In this document: piece after piece, positions 61,813 to 64,000 of the stretch
Layout of the letters: every line of letters starts with the position of its first letter
How positions within the stretch are numbered: the stretch's first letter is position 1
DNA from: an uncultured Gammaproteobacteria bacterium
GTDB taxonomy: Bacteria; Patescibacteriota; Microgenomatia; Woykebacterales; RBG-16-39-9b
DNA: 64,000 bases
Direction of reading: 5' to 3'
Assembly (NCBI GenBank): GCA_964367355.1
Contig: CAYIWY010000004.1
Location: 35,976-99,975, forward strand
Position numbers and translations under genes: made by a program
Notes under the pieces: model-generated
What the model was told of the DNA's origin: nothing
The model's database searches: none
The model's input: only the letters and a program-made list of their open reading frames with translations

Positions 61813-62895
61813 ATGAAACTGCCCACCTTTTTTTCAAATTCAAAAAATATCAAGCTAACAGATGCGGATAATTTATTTATTTTGGAAAGTCTTTCCGCAA
61901 TGCTGTCTTCTGGTATTCCCATAAGCGAAGCTCTAAGCTCAATTGACGAAGACACAAATAGCAAAAAAACCAAGCAGGTGGTACGGACAATTAATGAAGA
62001 AATCAGTAGTGGAAAATCGCTTTCCGAAAGCTTTGGACGTTTTCCTGAAAGTTTCGATCCGGTTTTTTTAAGCATTGTCAAATCTGGCGAAGCAAGTGGC
62101 AAGCTTGATTCTGTTTTACAAAACGCCTCTAAAAATTTGAAAAAAAATATTGAAACAAAAGGGAACATAAAATCAGCTCTGCTGTATCCAGTAATAATAA
62201 TCGGTGTTTTGTTTTTGGTTGCTTTCTTGGTTTTTGGTTACTCGCTACCGAAAGTCGCTAAGGTCTTTTTTGATTTACATTTAAAATTGCCAGCGTACTC
62301 CACGTTTGTTTTAAAAATGGCACTTTGGTTTGGGGATAATAAAATGACCATTGTGACAATCTCGGTTTTTATTGTTTTTTTGTTTTATTTACTTCTCAAG
62401 TTCAAAAAAATTAAGAGTTTTCTCTTTCGTATTCTTTTTAGCTTGCCAATTATCTCAAATATTGTGCGCCTCAAGGACTTTTCAAGTTTTACCCAAACAA
62501 CTGGACTACTTTTAAATGCTGGAGTACCGATTATTAATGCTTTTGAAATTTCGAAAAACGTTGTAGTTTCAGAAAAATTACGAAATGACTTAACACGAGT
62601 TATTACCGAATTAACTGAAGGTTCAACTCTGTCGAAAAGCATGAAAACAGCTTCAAAAAGTTTTCCTTCTCTTTTGCGTCGGGTGGTAAGTGTTGGAGAG
62701 GAAAGTGGGAAGCTAGATCAATCTTTAGCGGATATCTCAGAATATTATGAGCATAAATTTACTGAGGTTATTAAAAATTTAACTGTGATTATCGAACCAG
62801 TTTTGATCATTTTTATCGCGGTTTTAGTGGCGTTAGTCTTGGTTAGCGTTATTTTACCTATCTATCAAGGTATCGGTACTATCAACCGACAATAG
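61813..62895 (+). CDS. pilC: Type IV pilus platform protein PilC/GspF family
   Basis: GEASGKLD, ALLYP, GEESGKLD, IEP. Confidence 0.92.
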   Translation: MKLPTFFSNSKNIKLTDADNLFILESLSAMLSSGIPISEALSSIDEDTNSKKTKQVVRTINEEISSGKSLSESFGRFPESFDPVFLSIVKSGEASGKLDSVLQNASKNLKKNIETKGNIKSALLYPVIIIGVLFLVAFLVFGYSLPKVAKVFFDLHLKLPAYSTFVLKMALWFGDNKMTIVTISVFIVFLFYLLLKFKKIKSFLFRILFSLPIISNIVRLKDFSSFTQTTGLLLNAGVPIINAFEISKNVVVSEKLRNDLTRVITELTEGSTLSKSMKTASKSFPSLLRRVVSVGEESGKLDQSLADISEYYEHKFTEVIKNLTVIIEPVLIIFIAVLVALVLVSVILPIYQGIGTINRQ

Positions 62896-62896
62896 T

Positions 62897-63418
62897 ATGG
62901 AAAAACAACCTGCCGGTTTAGAAAACGGCTTTTCTTTGATTGAAATTCTTTTGGTAATATCCCTAATGGTGATAATTTTATCTTTGGCCACACCTAATCT
63001 TTTTAATCCTTTGGGGCAAGAAAAAGTAAATAGCTTGGCAAGCGATATTACGATAAACTTAAAAGATGCTCAGATTAAGGCCATGCATTCAGAAACCTTA
63101 GGTCAAGCCGCAACAAGTGAGTTTGGTGTTCATTTTAGTGCAAGTAGCTATACTATTTTTAGAGGAACAGTTTTTAACCCAGCTGATACCAATAATTTTT
63201 CAGTAGCGCTAACAAATGGTTTATCAATTAGCCAAAATTTACCGTGTTTGTCTAGTCCCAATGACTGTAACAATATTGTCTTTTCAAAATTGTCGGGAGA
63301 AGTGCAAAATTTCGACCAAACAAAAAATAGCCTTTGTCTGACAGATACCTTAAATAATAGAATTTTACTTACCACTAATTTTCTTGGAGTTATAAATGCG
63401 CAAACTGACGCTTGTTAA
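62897..63418 (+). CDS. Prepilin (class III signal peptide)
   Basis: NG|FSLIEILLV. Confidence 0.9.
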   Translation: MEKQPAGLENGFSLIEILLVISLMVIILSLATPNLFNPLGQEKVNSLASDITINLKDAQIKAMHSETLGQAATSEFGVHFSASSYTIFRGTVFNPADTNNFSVALTNGLSISQNLPCLSSPNDCNNIVFSKLSGEVQNFDQTKNSLCLTDTLNNRILLTTNFLGVINAQTDAC

Positions 63419-64000
63419 TAATCAAGGACAAGCATTACTTGAGTTAATTCTGGCAATTTCGATCGCGAGTTTTTTCTTAACTACTTTTGTTGTTGGAATT
63501 ATTTCCGTTCGGGAGGCATTTAACCATTCCAGCATTAGTGCAGAAGCTAAATTGCTACTTCAAAAAGAAGTCGAGGCTCTGCGTTCAATTAAAGAAACGA
63601 GTTGGAACAGTTTTTCTTTGCCAGGAACTTATCATGTCACCGCCGAAGCAGGTAACGTTTGGGGTGTAGCCCCCGGCACTGTAGTCGATAACAAGCTAAC
63701 TCACGGTTTTACTGTTGCCGATGTTTGTCGCTTACAGGCCACTTTTGCACTGGACGATTGTTCAAACCCATTATCTATTCCTGATCCAGCGACCAAAAAA
63801 ATTACTGCCACAGTCAGTTGGTCTTTTCTGGGAAACGAGTCGATCAGTTCGAACCTATATTTGACGAGAAATTACAATAATTCTGTCTGGACACAAACGA
63901 CCCAAGCTGATTTTAATGCTGGGACAAAAACAAATACACAAGTTGTCAATAACGCCGGTGGGGAAGTAGAGCTGACTCAATCCTCCTCAACTGCCGATTA
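63396..64000 (+). CDS. Pilin-like protein, 3'-partial
   Basis: MRKLTLVNNQG|QALLELILAI; frame runs off the window end. Confidence 0.75.
   Translation, partial: MRKLTLVNNQGQALLELILAISIASFFLTTFVVGIISVREAFNHSSISAEAKLLLQKEVEALRSIKETSWNSFSLPGTYHVTAEAGNVWGVAPGTVVDNKLTHGFTVADVCRLQATFALDDCSNPLSIPDPATKKITATVSWSFLGNESISSNLYLTRNYNNSVWTQTTQADFNAGTKTNTQVVNNAGGEVELTQSSSTAD

Overview
About 64 kb of an AT-rich bacterial chromosome using genetic code 11. Gene content and style point to Patescibacteria/CPR, probably Microgenomates-like (inference). Core genes: an F1Fo ATP synthase operon (atpBEFHAG-NUDIX-atpD, then atpC) headed by a beta-carbonic anhydrase, gpmI, rsmI, lexA, uvrB/uvrA/uvrC, secG, lon, a yidC-like gene, dgkA, a cold-shock gene, three histidine kinases with single-domain receivers, the start of a type IV pilus cluster and six tRNAs. 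The most unusual observations are: (1) intact atpD and intact tRNA-Gly each sit inside the leftover 5' and 3' ends of an older, diverged copy of the same gene; (2) two large, heavily base-paired non-coding regions (~590 nt and ~800 nt) flank uvrB, and a ~240-nt pseudoknotted RNA has its own promoter; (3) a 7.4-kb array after uvrA has unrelated mini-ORFs in a shared kit of promoter, GNRA-hairpin+Shine-Dalgarno and terminator repeats; (4) repeated integration scars with toxin-antitoxin cassettes lie at tRNA-His and tRNA-Gln; (5) there are two tandem paralogous 35-aa membrane peptides. No CRISPR array, integrase, transposase or reverse transcriptase was seen. All calls are by eye; no database searches were run.
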